A stretch of 64,000 bases of DNA from Sphyrna mokarran (taxonomy: Eukaryota). The notes under the pieces are model-generated. The model did not search any database, was not told the origin of the DNA, and saw nothing but the letters and a program-made list of their open reading frames with translations. Location: NCBI GenBank assembly GCA_024679065.1, contig JAGIQG010000007.1:74338001-74402000 (forward strand). The letters run 5' to 3'. Position numbers and translations under genes: made by a program. Below are positions 23,870 through 37,619 of this stretch, piece after piece (positions within the stretch are counted from its first letter, which is position 1; every line of letters starts with the position of its first letter).

Positions 23870-25545
23870 AGATCCAAAGACTGTATCTGACCAAGCTAGA
23901 GTCCCAGGCTAGCCACACAGACCCCCACTGATTGTGGCAAGGTCTGTAAGACATAAAGACTACAAGATGAAGGCATGTAAATTGTGAGCTCCAATGCACC
24001 CATCCCTAATGAGCTCCATGCATTCTATGCCCATTTTAAGCAAAAAGTCAACAAGAGCATGCCATCCACCTGAGAAGCCTCAAGGTGAACTTGTCGTCAT
24101 TGCAGATGTCAGAGCCACCTTGAAGGTCAAGCCCTGAAAAGTGACTGGTCTGCTTGGTGTATATGAATGACCACTCAGATCCTATGTGGATCAGCTGGCA
24201 GGGGTATTTGCAGACCTCTTCCATCTGTCTTTACAACATTGAGATCCCTGTCTACGTCAAGATGATGACCATCACCCCAGTGCCAAAGAAAAGCCAAGTA
24301 GCATGTCTTAATGACCATCACCCAATGACTGATATCCACCATGAAGTACTTCAAAGATTACTTATGGCACGAATCAATTCCAGCCTCCCCGACTGCCTGG
24401 ATCCAGTACAGTTAACCTACCACCACAATAGGTCCACAGCAGACACCATTTCCCTGGTCCTGCACTGAACTCTGGAACATCTAGATAACAAGGATATCTA
24501 TGTCAGACTCATTTATTGACTACAGCTCAGCCCTCAAAATATTTTTCCACAAAACTCATCTCCAAATTCTGTGGCCTGGGTCTCGGCACTTCTCTGTGCA
24601 ACTGGATTCTGAACTTCCTAACCCACTGGCCACAGCACTACTTCATCCAAAATCATCCTCAACACTGGTGCCCTACAAGGCTGTGTTCTCAGCCCCCTAC
24701 TATACTGCTTATGCACCTATGATTATGTGGGCAATTTCCCCTCAACTTGATTGTCAAGTTTGCTGATGGCTGGGGCATATCCCAAACAATGACAAGACAG
24801 TACAGGAATGAGAGAATCTGGTGAACTGGTGTGATGGTAATCTCTCTCAATTGTCAACAAAATGAAGGAGATTGTTATCAACTTCTTCAAAGTATATGAA
24901 GAACGTGCCCTGTCTACTTCAGTGTGATGGAGTAGAAATGGTTGAAAGCTTCAAGTTTTTAGGTGTCCAAGTCACCAAAAATCTGTCCTGGTTTCTGCCT
25001 GACACTGCCCCCGCCAAAACTACAGTTAAGAAAACCTGCTCAGAGCTCTCTTTTCTCAAACCTAAAACTTTGGCATGTCATCTATGACTCCCATTAGCTT
25101 TTGCAGATGCACCACAAAGCATTCTTTCTGGTGCTATCAGTTTGATATGGCTCCTATGTCCAAAACCGCAAGAAACTAAAGGTTATGAATGTTGCCCAAT
25201 CCAGCCCCCCATTCATTGATGCTGTCTCAACAAAGTGGCCAGCATCATTAAGCACCCCAGGCACCCCAGACCTCTCTTCTACCTTCTTCCCTTGGGGTGG
25301 GAGAGGAGATGCAAAAGTCTGAGGTCATTACCCAGCTAACTTGAACAGCTGCTTCCCTGTTGCCATCAGACTTTTGAATAGACCTACCTTGCATTAAGTT
25401 GATCTTTCTCTACACCCTAGCTATGACTGTAATACCACATTTTGCATTCTCCTGTCTCCTTCTGTATGTATGGTATACTTTGTACAGCATAGAAGAAACC
25501 ATGCTTTTCACTATATACTAATGCATGTGACAATCAAATCAAATT
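23870..25545 (+). mobile_element. Rex1/Babar-type LINE, degenerate, inserted in an older antisense CR1
   Basis: LDPVQLTY..NRSTADTISLVLH, FIDYSSA, GA.QGCVLSPLLY and VESFKFLGV motifs; tail gtgacaatcaaatcaaat. Confidence 0.85.
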
Positions 25546-26494
25546 GCCTTGACCTGTCCTCCATGGAGAGCAGTCCCAACCTCTGACTCTCTAACTGTAG
25601 TTCCTCATCCCTAAAACCATTCTTGTGCAACTATTCTGCTCTCGGTGTTGCTCAGAACCAAATGCAGTACTCTAGCTGAGGCTAAGCCAGTATCATACAA
25701 TTTAACACAATTTCTTTACTCTCATACTCAATGTTCCTATTAATAAAGCCTAGGACACCTATGCTTTAACTTCTCTCAACCTGTCCTGTCACCTTCGACT
25801 TGTGTATATACACCCAAGTACCTCTGCTCCTGCACCCCCATTAGAATTTATATTGTCTCCGTTTTCGCTCTACTGAAATGAATTACTTGTCGTCTGCCCA
25901 TGCCAGCAACTTGTTTATGCTCCTTGAAGTTCTACCTTGGCATTTTCATAGTTCAGTTCACAATGATTCCAAGTTTTGTATCATTTACAAACTTTTAAGT
26001 TTGTATCCAAACACGAGTAAATGTCTAAAGAGCCAGAGTCCCAACACTGACTCCGAGGAACTCCATTACAAAGTTTCTTCCAGAACACCAAATGTTCATT
26101 AACACTACTTACTGTTTAGTGTCACTTGGCCTATTTAATATGCATATTACTACTTATCCATTTTTATTCCATGAGCCACAACCTGCTTGTAAGTTTGTGT
26201 GGCATCTTATTGTTTGGAAGTTCATGAACACCACCACAACGGCCTTACTCTCATCAAATTCATTTCCTCATCTTAAAAAAAACCTAGTTAAATGTGATTT
26301 TTTTTTTTTCCACGATTTAAATTTGCTGGCTTTCCTTTTTAACCTGCATTCATCCATGTGACTTTTGCCCCTGATTTGTTTCTAGCAATTTTCCCATCAC
26401 TTTAGCTGAACTGGTTAGATTTATGTTGCACCTATTTGAGGTCCAATGTTTGAAATTTTATATCCTTTGGCACCACTCTCCAATCTGAGAACTT

Positions 26495-27493
26495 GTAGAG
26501 TACAAGAGCTGGCCTTTAATGTTGCAGTTGTATAAAACATTGGTTAGACCTCATTTGGAATACTGCGTCCAGTTCTGATCGCCTTACTACCGGAAGGACG
26601 TGGAGACTCTGGAGAGAGTGTAGAAGAGGTTTACCAGGGTGCTGCCTCCTATGGAAGGTCTGAGTTATGAGGAGACGTTGGGCAAATTGGGACTGTTTTC
26701 CTTAGACGTAGACTTAGAGATCTAATAGAGGTGTACAAGATTGAGGGGTATAGATAGAGTAAACAGGGTTAAGCTTTTTCCTAGGATGGACTCGAATAGC
26801 ACGAGGGGTCACGGGCTTAGGATGAGGGAGGTAAGGTATAATTTGGATGCTAGATGGAGTTTTTTCACAGAGGGTGGTGGGGCTATGGAATGCGCTGCCA
26901 AGTAAAGTGGTGGAGGCAGGTACTCTGGCGTTATTTAAGAAATACTTAGATGGGCACATGAACAGAATGGGAATGGAGGGGTATAGAAAACTGATTTAAA
27001 ATAGGATCATGAGCCTTGGGAGTCCCTGGGAAGTGTGTAAATAGATGATGATATTGATGTACTTGTTTTTATCCTACAGGTGCTTTGGTCCACCTTGTTG
27101 TCTAACAAGGGGCATACACGCAATGGATCATGAGAAGGCTGCTCTTGGATTTTTTTTCGAGAGTATCCTAGTGCTTCACATTGTTAGTGTACGCTTGACC
27201 TGGACCATTTGATGGGTGACATGACAGCTCAGTGACTATTGCTGTGCTGTGCAGATACATGGATTTGGGCCTGTGTCTGTGGGAGTTTGCGCATTCTCCT
27301 CGTGATTGCGTGGGTTTTTTCCGGTTTCCTCCCACATTCCAAAGATGTGCTCTTAGGCTAATTGGCAAAACAAATTCTCCCTAAATTGTCTGAAATTTGG
27401 TTTTTAATCTATAAACAGGGATCGCAGGTAGAGGTGGCGGTGCGGGCTCGTTGGGTCAAAGGGCCTGTTTCCTGTGCTGTTTTGTTCTTGTTC
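26495..27493 (+). mobile_element. 5'-truncated CR1 LINE with a long 3' UTR containing a V-SINE body (copy 1)
   Basis: EYKS..LMLQLYKTLVRPHLEYCVQF motif; V core at ~27270-27360; colinear with 58348-59370. Confidence 0.9.
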
Positions 27494-27894
27494 ATCAGGA
27501 GGGCTCTGATGCTGTGATACCATGTAAATAATTGGGGTTTTATGACCAATTTTGTGCAGGAGAGTGCAGCGTAAACCACCCCCCATCTGAGCAACAGACA
27601 CCATTGCCCTTGAATTGCTACATACTCCTGCAGAGCTGTTAGGAAGGGAATTCCAAGACTTTGATCCAGTAACAGTGGAGGAAGGGAATTTAGCTCAAAG
27701 TTGGCATGGTGTGTAGCTTGTAGATGTTGGTGACCCAGGGCCCTTGTCCTTCTAGATGGTTGAGGAAGGTGCTGTTGAAGGATCGGGAATGCTATGTATG
27801 GTATTGATCTTTTTAAGGAAGATTATAAACATGTTAATAGCAGTCAAAAGATATACTAGGCAATATTGGAATAGATGCTGGAAGGATTCCAATC

Positions 27895-28057
27895 CAGTCA
27901 TGATGTAAAGATGCCGGCGTTGGATTGGGGTGGTAAGAACTCAGTAAGAATTTAGCAACACCAATTATTAATCCAACCGATTTATTTGATTGAAAGCTCG
28001 CGGATTTACTATCAAATAAATCGGTTGGATTAATAATTGGTGTTGCTAAATTCTTAC
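27895..28057 (-). mobile_element. Penelope-type hairpin insertion (family A, internally deleted)
   Basis: Perfect 47-bp arms (27944-27990 / 28011-28057); antisense tail at 27901-27930; TSD AGGATTCCAATC at 27883-27894 and 28058-28069. Confidence 0.85.
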
Positions 28058-28559
28058 AGGATTCCAATCTGGCAGCTTTTGTTAACTTTGGGTCTAGGAA
28101 CCTCAGTGGAGAGAGAAACAGTCCATATGACTCCTTCAGAGCATGGGTGGGATTCTTGGGCATTTCATGCCAGCAAGATTCTCTGGTCCTACTAATGAAT
28201 GCAAATTTGGCCAACTACCAAGTTTTCTGCCCTTACTGATAGTGGAGGTGAATTGTCTCAATTATGGAATGGATCATGAGGAAAAGCTGGGCAGGTGAGG
28301 CTTCAATCCATTGGACTTGATTGAAATATAAGATTGAGTGGGCTTTACAAAGTGGATGTGGCAAGGATGTTTCCTCTGTATCTGGATCAAGAGATCACCT
28401 GTACTCTAATATATTTTCTCGAGGGTTGAATCTTTGGAATCCTCTTTCTCAAAGGTGGAAGCTGAGATTCTCCTAAGGCAGTGAAAGGTTATTGGGTTAA
28501 AAAGCATGAATGGGGAGCTGAGGTTAAAATTAGAGCAGATATGAGTGGCTGTTTCCTCA

Positions 28560-29480
28560 CGTAGAGGTCCTTGGTGAATTGTTGCAATGCATTTTGTAGT
28601 GGTGCACTGCTACCATGATACAATGGTGCAGGGAGTTCACTTAACTTTGGCATCCCATCCACCACTTAACATTCAATCAAGCAAACTGCTTTGTCCTGGA
28701 TAGTTAGAGCGAGTGCTTTTGAAGCTGCACTCTTTCAGCCATGTGGAGAGTGTTACTCCTGACTGATGCCTTGTGTATGGTAAACAGACTTTGGGAGTTG
28801 GGAGCTTAGTTACTTGCCACAGAATTCCCAGTCTCTGGACTGCTGTTGCAGCCAGAATATTTATATGGTTGATTTAGTTCTTGGTCAGTGGTAATCCTCA
28901 GGATATTAAGTGGGGGATTCATTGGATGTAATGGGGCTATGGTTAGATTCTTTCTTGTTGACAATCATTACTTGGCACTTGAATAGTGCACACGTTACTT
29001 GCAACTTGGCAGCCCAAAACTGAATGTTGCATAAATCATATGGACAGATTGTTTTAATATTGGAGAAGTTTCAATTCTGACATGGTAGTGAGAAGATCAT
29101 TGAAGCAGCTGGATATGGTTGGCTAGGGCACTCCTGAGGAACTCTTTCAGCAGTGTCCTGGGACTATATTGCCTCCAACAACCACAGCTATCATTTTTTT
29201 TCAAAGTATGACTCCAACCAGTGGAGAGTTTTCCCTGAATCTCATTTACTTCAATTTTTCTCCATCTCTTGGTCAAATGGTACCTTCTTAACAAGAGCAG
29301 TCATCCTCTTCTACCACTATTTGGACCAAGGTTGTATATAATGAGGTCAGGCACAGTGATCTGATAGAATCCAAATGGAGTGTTAGTGAGAGGTCAGTGC
29401 CATTTGATAGCATGTCAATGACACCATCCATCACTTTGATCAAAAGTAGACTGGAACTGTAATTGGTCAGCTAGGATTTG
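28560..29480 (-). mobile_element. Old CR1/L2-group LINE internal fragment
   Basis: Decayed ORF2-like sequence; similar to 40530-40650. Confidence 0.55.
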
Positions 29481-32319
29481 TCTTATGTTTTCTCCCTCAG
29501 CAGATGCTGTCTGACTAGTTTTTTTCATCATAAATTTGTGAATGACTTCAGTGATTTAAATAGTATTTACAGCCCTTGTTTCATAAGATTTTAAAACCAG
29601 CTATTTTTGGTCAATAAATGTGATTACTTTGTTCAGTATTTTTGAAAATTGTTCTACAATGCATTTTCCTTTTCGTATAACTTCATAAAGTGAAACTAAA
29701 TAATGAAAAGGAACTTCCAAATGCAGTTTTGATATTGACTATTATCTGGATTATTAGTGAATTGCCTGGATTTGATGCTTTTGCCATTTAAGTGGCCTGC
29801 TTTACATATCTGTTTAAAAATTAAACACTTAAACTGTGGTAAGTGAGTAAATGTTAATCATTTAAAACATATGAAATCTGAATCTTGAATTGATTTTTAC
29901 AGTTGGTTTTGACACTTTTTTCATTCACTGCCTTTCAAGACTTGCAGCCAAGATTAAGGGATGATCTTCTTGAAATGTTAACATGATAGTGATTGAGCTG
30001 AAGACTGCTTCCTACTACAGAGATGTGTGGGAGAATTGAGAAGATTTAACACTTGAACTGAACTGGCAAAGTTAAATTCCTGCAAGCACCATTTGATTTT
30101 TGAGAAAAATCAAAAAAAATCACCAAAGCAGGATTAATTGGTGCTTAAGCATATTAAAGGTAGTGGCTAACTTGAATAGCTATCAGAAAGAACTTTCTGA
30201 TCTACCAATATGGTGAAGCAGGCTTAAATGGTCAAATGATTTACTTTTTTCAGGAAAGCATACAATTTCCAATCGTCTTTACGTTTGTTTTGAGGCTGTC
30301 ATCCTTCATCAACAAGCTGTTGGGCTCATTTTGCATTTACAGGCCAATAATCAGGCTTTTTACTGGTATTGATGCCATTTTTGGCAAGATGCTGTTCATC
30401 TGTCAGCTCCAAGTGGATTTGTATAAGGCAGGTCATGCCAGTTGAACCTGATGTGTTTTGAAGAGGTAACTAAAGCAGTGGATTAGAGAATACCAAATGC
30501 CTTCTGCAAATCCATATCAACAAAATTTGCAGACATCCCTAATAAACCGTTGGCTGACATTAAAGACATTTCCTGCATTGGAAATTGGCTGGGTGACAGG
30601 ATTCAGTGAGAATTTTGGGAAGCTGGTGGTGGAGATAATGATTTAACCCTGATAGTTAGTTTGTTTCTAAATCTGTATCAGAATAATATGGATTGTAACT
30701 TGGTACACAGAGGGTACAACCGAAAGAAGAACTGATTAGATTTTGATGATGTGGATCCAGATTCTGGAAACTTTTGAAGAATCCATTGATATTGGGGGAA
30801 AAAGTGAGTTGAATGAAATTAAGATCATGAAGGAACTGGATTGGGGAAATTAGAGCCAGAACTTTCAGAAGTAAAATTGGGAAACCCTTCCACACATGCA
30901 CACAGATGGTAAGAAGTTTGTAACTCTTTGCAAATGGCAATTAATGCTAGATCATTTGTTAATTTTAAATTGGATTTTTTTTCTTAACCAAAGACAGTAA
31001 GGGACATAAGACAAACACTTGTATGAAGAGTTTATGATCTCATTAAATTGGACTTTAGCTTATTACATATTGATGAGCTATTTAGTTTGGGGTATGGCAG
31101 ATGATGGGGGAAACACAAAATTAAGTGAATCCCTCCACTTATTGCATTAGACAATGTGTGTGCCCATGCATGCATTATAAGATTTGTTTCCTTAATTTTT
31201 CTAAAATATAGTCTATAAAAACAGCAGTGCACGGTCACACGGGCTATGTTCTTGACCTCTCCATTGATAACTAATTTAGTTGTAATTACATTGACAGAAC
31301 AATAAATGCTGTATCTATAATTATAATTGGGCCAAAATTTGTTTTGGTAACATCTTTTTGGAGTGATTGGTCAAGGTGACATTGCCTTTTATCCCTCTGC
31401 AAAAAAAAAAAGCTGTAAATGCTGGAGAAATGAGTGCAAACTCTGTTCATTTTTCAGTTTGCTTTGGAAGAGAGAGAAAATAAAAGCTGTTGCCATTTTC
31501 AGAAAGAAAACTAGCAAAGTAGTGCTGTACTTGAATTGTAAATTTATAAGTATCCATGACTAGTACCACACCTCAGGGAAGAGAGGATTGAAAATATCAA
31601 ACTCCAAATATGATCTATGTAAATCAAACTACAGTGTTGATATCCTGAAACTAGACTACCTTCTATTTCTAGACTTGCTAGTCTTTCCTGTTGCCTTTTT
31701 GTGACTGCCAATGTCTAGGTAAACTATAGTTTGTTGTACTTGAGTTAATATTGAAGGTAATGCTAGATACAAATTGAAATATGGTTTGTGGCTCTCAAAC
31801 TTGTGACTGGAAAGTGTAATTGGCCAGTTTGTGCATGAGCAGCTTGGAGGAGATTTGGCTCTGAGCTCTAAGAAATAAAAGCCACTAGATGAGGTACAGT
31901 GATTTCAAAAGGTGGGCTGAGCTGACCCAGTTATTTTACAATTGGTTACTTGTTTTGGGGAGCAGTTTGACAAGATGCCAGATGACAGGGTGCAAATGCC
32001 ATGTTGATGGCACAGAATTCCTCACTGTTCTGAGGGTAATCAAGCTTGCCAGGCAAAGGGATTTAACTGTTAATATGTATTACACATGTAAAAAGCATTT
32101 TGTGATCCTTGTGTGCCAAAGATATGTTCTTTACTAGTTCAGAATTACATACATTTCAATCCACTTTCTATTTCAATAGTGTCTTTAAATCTTGAATTAT
32201 AGCAAGTCACAAATATTTTCTGGTAACAATCTGCAATGTTTTAAATGGAGCTTTGTTCTAGATTTACAGGATATAAAGCAATGGTTGTAATACTTCAAAC
32301 ACTTTAGAATTATTAACAT

Positions 32320-32632
32320 GTGCAGTAGCACAGTGGTTTAGCACTGCTGCTTCACAGCTCCAAGGACCTAGGTTCAATTCCCAGCTTGGGTCACTGTCTG
32401 TGTGGAGTTTGCATGATCTTCTTGTGTCTACATAGATTTCCTCCAGTTTCCTCCCACAGTCCAAAGATGTGTGGGTTATGTTTGGCCATGCTAAATTAAC
32501 CATAGATTAGAGGATTAGTGGGTAAAATATGTACTGATATCAGGGGTAGGGCCTGGGTGGGATTGTGGTCAGTGTAGACTCAATGGGCCGAATGGCCTCT
32601 TTCTATACTATAGGGTTTCTGTGATTTCTATG
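32320..32632 (+). mobile_element. V-SINE (HE1-like), near full length
   Basis: A box tagcacagtggtt, B box ggttcaattcc, V core, CR1-like tail gggccgaatggcctctt. Confidence 0.9.
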
Positions 32633-35600
32633 AACAACAGGACATTGCTCATTGTTTGAGCTTTCCACTCTTGTTCTTTCTAAACTCGTGCTGAAAGTAG
32701 ACCATGGCAAGAAAATAGTTTGCTAAAGGTCTCCATATAAAATATCATTAGACATGGGATTGACTACCAAAATATGTCGCACAAACCCATGCAACAATCA
32801 AAAGACTTCAATTCATAACTTGGGTTCTAGAAGAGAATGAGAATCAAACTAACTTGATATTCCTACTAAGCCAATCATTCATAACTTGTATGATGTGGTG
32901 ATTTTGGAGATAATTATGAATTCTTTCTACTCTTGAAGTAGAGAAACTCATTGGCAAATGTCACTTTTATGTTAATATAAATAGAAAATTAACAGTTCTA
33001 TTCAGAATGTTATTGTATTAGATAAACTAATCTAATTTGGTTCTGAAATGAGTTTTAGGGGCAGGAGGGAGAAGAGAAATCCAATGACTACATAGTACAT
33101 AATGAACTAATGCACATCCCTGAAAGCAGAAAATCCCATGTCTGTTTTCTTCAGGTCACCCACTTCAGTCTCAATAGGCAGGTACATAATATTTTGGTTG
33201 GAATTTCAGGTGTTGCAAAATGTTTTGCAGCTCTGCAACATGGAATACATGAAACAACAAATAAGGAAAATAATTTCTAGCAAATACTTCTTGATCTAAA
33301 ACATTTCAAAGTGCCAACTCTGTACAATATTTCTTGCTGCTCCACCCAAAAAGATATTGAAACTTGGCTAGGAATGTACTATACTGCTGTTCAGCCATAT
33401 AAATATTTGGTGTGAAACCAACTGTCTTGCAGAAAAGTTAGTTCTCCACAGATGCTGTTAGACCTATTGAACTTTCCTAGAATTTTCTGTTTTTGCTCCA
33501 AATTCCAACACCTGCAATAATTTGCTTTTGTCGTGTGATTCTCCTACTTATAAGCTGCAAGGTTTTCCTACCTAATAAGGGATATGTCGAACTACTGTTA
33601 TGTATTGCACCATTAGTTGCTGGTCTGACAACATACTAGAATATTGCTTATGGGTTGTACTCAAATTCATCAGATGAAAGTAATTCAAGGCTGCCTGAGT
33701 TGGCAAATGGACTTATTTGTTTTACAAGCACAAATGTAAGTAAGCTGAATTATAAATAAAACTTGTTCTGATAAATCTTAATATGACAGGTTTTGTGGTG
33801 TGGCTATAAGTACAAGAATAAGGATTTCAACTAATGAAATCCAGGTGGCTTTTTGAAAATGATGTCTGTTTAAACGTTGATTCAGCTGCCTCATTGCACT
33901 AATGTGGGATGACACTACAGCTGTGATCAGCTTGGTTTCCTAAAACCCATCCCAATTCTTCCTGTTAAAAAGGCAACAGGAAAATTTAATTAAGAGGTGC
34001 AGGCGAGCAAAACAAAATCTCTCCACTTTTGTGAATTAATCTGCCATAAGCAGAAACTGAAGGCTGCTTTGTGACTAACAATAGTTAGAGCAGCCAAGTT
34101 TCTGAACTAGGATGTGGAGCCTTGTTTGGTTTAACACATTTGGTGTTTTGGAGAGCCTCAAGGCCACATTCATCCATTAAATTGGCTTCAGTTTGTACAT
34201 TCTTGCTAGTTGTTCAAATCTTCCATTCTGTTAGTGCATTAAAAGCAAATTTAGCAGTAAATGGAAACTCTACAATTAGATTCAACTTCTGAAGATGAGC
34301 CAGAGAAACAAGATAGTGGAAAGACTCAGAGCTAGTATTAAATATAGAATTATAATTTGGCGGGAAAAAAATTTGGGCATCCAGTGAGCATCAAATGCCG
34401 ATCAAACCTTGTGCATTTGAGCACCTAGTCCAAGACGCCGTAGTCCTCTAGACACTTCAGTTTAACAATAATTGAGATAATAAGGATTTCTATTTGAATC
34501 CAAATGATAGAATTGAGAAGGCAGACCAACAATAATGCATGACATGCATTTATGGCCCATCTCTACCACTGCCAACGTTTTGCCCACTCCTGTAGTCTAG
34601 CTATATCCCCATGTATCCTACTCAAACTTGCTTTCCTTTTTTGTCTCATTAACAAATTTAGCTAAAATACTTGGTCCCTTCATCCAAGTTGTTAACATAA
34701 ATTGTAACTAGTTGAGACCATGGCCCTGAACCCTGTAGCCTCCTGCTGTTTACATTTTTCCAAACTGAGAAATGACCTGCTTATTATACCTGTATTCTCT
34801 TAATTAGCCAATTATTTATCCACATTAGTCTATTACCTCAAACATCCAAGAGCAACCTTTTTGTCTGGCAACTTCCTGATTTTTTTTTTTTGAAGTTTTA
34901 TTGAGTTTCTAAATGTCCTGTTACTACCTTGATTTTTGATTCCAGCATTTTCCCCAAGGACAGATGTTAGGCTAACTGGCTTTGGTGGCACTTAATTGCT
35001 TTAATTTGTATATTGAAAGCCCATATTCCTTCTACTTTGAATACCAAATTTAGGCCATCATAATTTGCTGCCACTACGTTATTGGCTCTCCTCCATTCAA
35101 GTAATGATTACATACTTACTATTAAAAATTAGTATGGTCCCCCTGAAATCCAAGTTTTTGCCACAACTTTACCAGTAATCATTAACAATAGTACATGTAA
35201 GCATACAGTATTGTAATCTGAATAGTTCATGACTTTGCTTTACATTTTTATTCATAGAATGTCACAAGGTGACATGGGGAAAGAGATGGGACCAGCTACT
35301 CCACCATTTGAGTGGTTCAGTAGAGGGCAATGACGAAGATATTTCTCCCATAAGAATAACCTATGATGGGCCAACCAGTTTGGGGTCGGCTCACAAGGCA
35401 ACATTTAGTTTGGACATTCCTGATGATGCAATATCTCTTGCAATGCCAGGGACTTTGCCAGTGAAATCCTGCCTCTTGAATGGCTATATGGTTGATTTGT
35501 GCTGGGGCCCCTTTCCTCCAGCTACTTATTACAACTAATGTGGCCCCCAAATAAAATCAGAAGTCCAAGCAGACATTGGACATGGGTTCTCAGAGCCAGG

Positions 35601-37602
35601 AATTCTCCAGTCTCCACACCCAACCTGGCAGCAAAAATCAGACGCTTTGTTTAAAATGTATATGCAATTGATGCAAAATCTGCTCTTATTATTTTCCGTA
35701 ACCCTTTTTGGGATTTGAATGGTTGGTTGAGTTTCATAATGTATACTGATTAATCTTACTTTTTGGTCAGAACTGTGGATTAGTCACTTCAGAGACTAAT
35801 AATTCACTTGTCAATGTGATCCATTGTTGCTTTAAGTGTGAAAAACAAAGCCCTTAGAGCAGCACATCATTTCCCACAGTATCATTGTTCTGTTTCATGC
35901 AATGAGACATTCTTCATAATGAATCATTTGACATTGAGCATCATTTGGGTATTTTAACAAATTTGACACTTTGGGCTAAGATCTGGTTGTTTCAACACAG
36001 CTGTACTACAGAATCTGACCAACATTTTTCCCTGTACACCTCACTTGCCTTCCCCTAAATTTGCTGTCTGACCAAATGTTGCAACCAGTTTTATTAGGTT
36101 TGTTTTTAATTTGTACTGCTACATTAGCATATTTCCACAATTCTCCAATATTTTTAGTACGTATTCTTTAAGCAGTATAATATCAGCACAGCTGTTCAAC
36201 TAGCTAATTTTAGGTGTGTCCTGATCTGAAATTGCTCTTGCCTGTTCACTGTCTAGATGGGATCACTGAATAATGACCAGATACCATTCTTTACTCATTT
36301 ACCCATTTAAATTATTTGAACATGCCCAATTGAGCTTCTGTTTTTTTTGTAGTACAGAATAAAGGCAAATCAAATGTATGAATTGGAGTTTTTGCTGTTT
36401 AGGTGGTGGGTGCACCTGGCCTTTGTCATCAGGTTTGTGAAAGAAAATAATTCCTGTTTTTGTGCCAAACAATTTTTAAACCCCTTTTACTGCTATTTCT
36501 GTATCTGCTGAAAGTGTTGCTCATTGAATCTTTTTGACATTTTCTAAAGGAAGTGCCACTTCTATTGTGAAGACCCTTTAGGCATTTTTTAACATGTTAA
36601 AAGTGCTATGTAAATGTGATAGTTTTTGTTTTTAAGTATGGATTTTGTAAATAATCAACTGCATTATTGTGGTAAGCCCAGAAAAAAGCTGATCTTCCCT
36701 ACCTTTAAATAGCTTCCTCCTCTAGAGAAATTGAAACATTATAGACATTGTCCCTCTTCTAATTGATTTTTTTCTATTTTTATTCTAATCAGGTGCTAAT
36801 GGGGATATTTTAAAAGTTGCAAACCTAATTGTATGCAACACCTCAACATTTGAGGATGCTCAGTTGTTGCAAACTCTGGTTAGTTTTGAAATGAACAAGT
36901 TGAGGTCTTCAGAAAAAGTACTGTAATAGCGGAACAAAAGCTAGAAACATTGTGTTTGGAGTCTGGATGAAATAATTGTGCAGATTAAATTGTAATTTTT
37001 AGGAGGTGGTGAGAAAGATGTAAATTGGTTAATGTGGAAGTAGGTGCAAACATAATTGTAAATCCTTCCATTGCCTCACCTCATTCCAGTTTGAGACCTT
37101 TGTATTTGAGCAGCCAACTAGTTTATAATAGGCAGAAGATGGGATGTGTGCAAAGGAGAATGAGTTTAGAGGTGACTGAAATATGAAGGGGTGGAGGCAA
37201 GTAATGTTGCAGCCAATTGTGGATTTTGGCTGAACAATTTAAGTTTATATAACCTGACTTAAGACTAAACTATTGACAGGGGAGGTGATTGGAATCAGGA
37301 GCAAAGGAGAGGAGTTAATATTGGAAGCCAAAATCCATCCTTCCTGTGTTTAAACTTGAGGAGTTTTCACTCAATCCTGACTTGCCATCCAATGCCTTCT
37401 ACAAGGAAATGCAGGTATGTGAAAACTATGAAGAGGAGTGGGTATGGCTATGATTCCCACCATTTTATTTCAGTCTTTGTTCTACCCAGCTGAGTTCTAC
37501 GATCAGCTCTTTCTATCTACCTTCTGCTTGTTATAAAACTTTGGGTGAGGCTGTTCCTTGCATTTTAAACAACTGCCACCCTTCTCTTCCTGCCATTCCA
37601 TT

Positions 37603-37619
37603 CCCCCCCCCCCCCCCCC
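37603..37619. repeat. C17 homopolymer
   Basis: Direct count. Confidence 0.9.

Noticed and set aside
31365-31385. Retinoic acid response element (ggtcaaggtgac)
   Set aside because: Half-sites are imperfect and spacing does not fit DR1, DR2 or DR5.
32320-32400. tRNA gene
   Set aside because: The A/B boxes belong to a V-SINE head followed by the V core and LINE tail.
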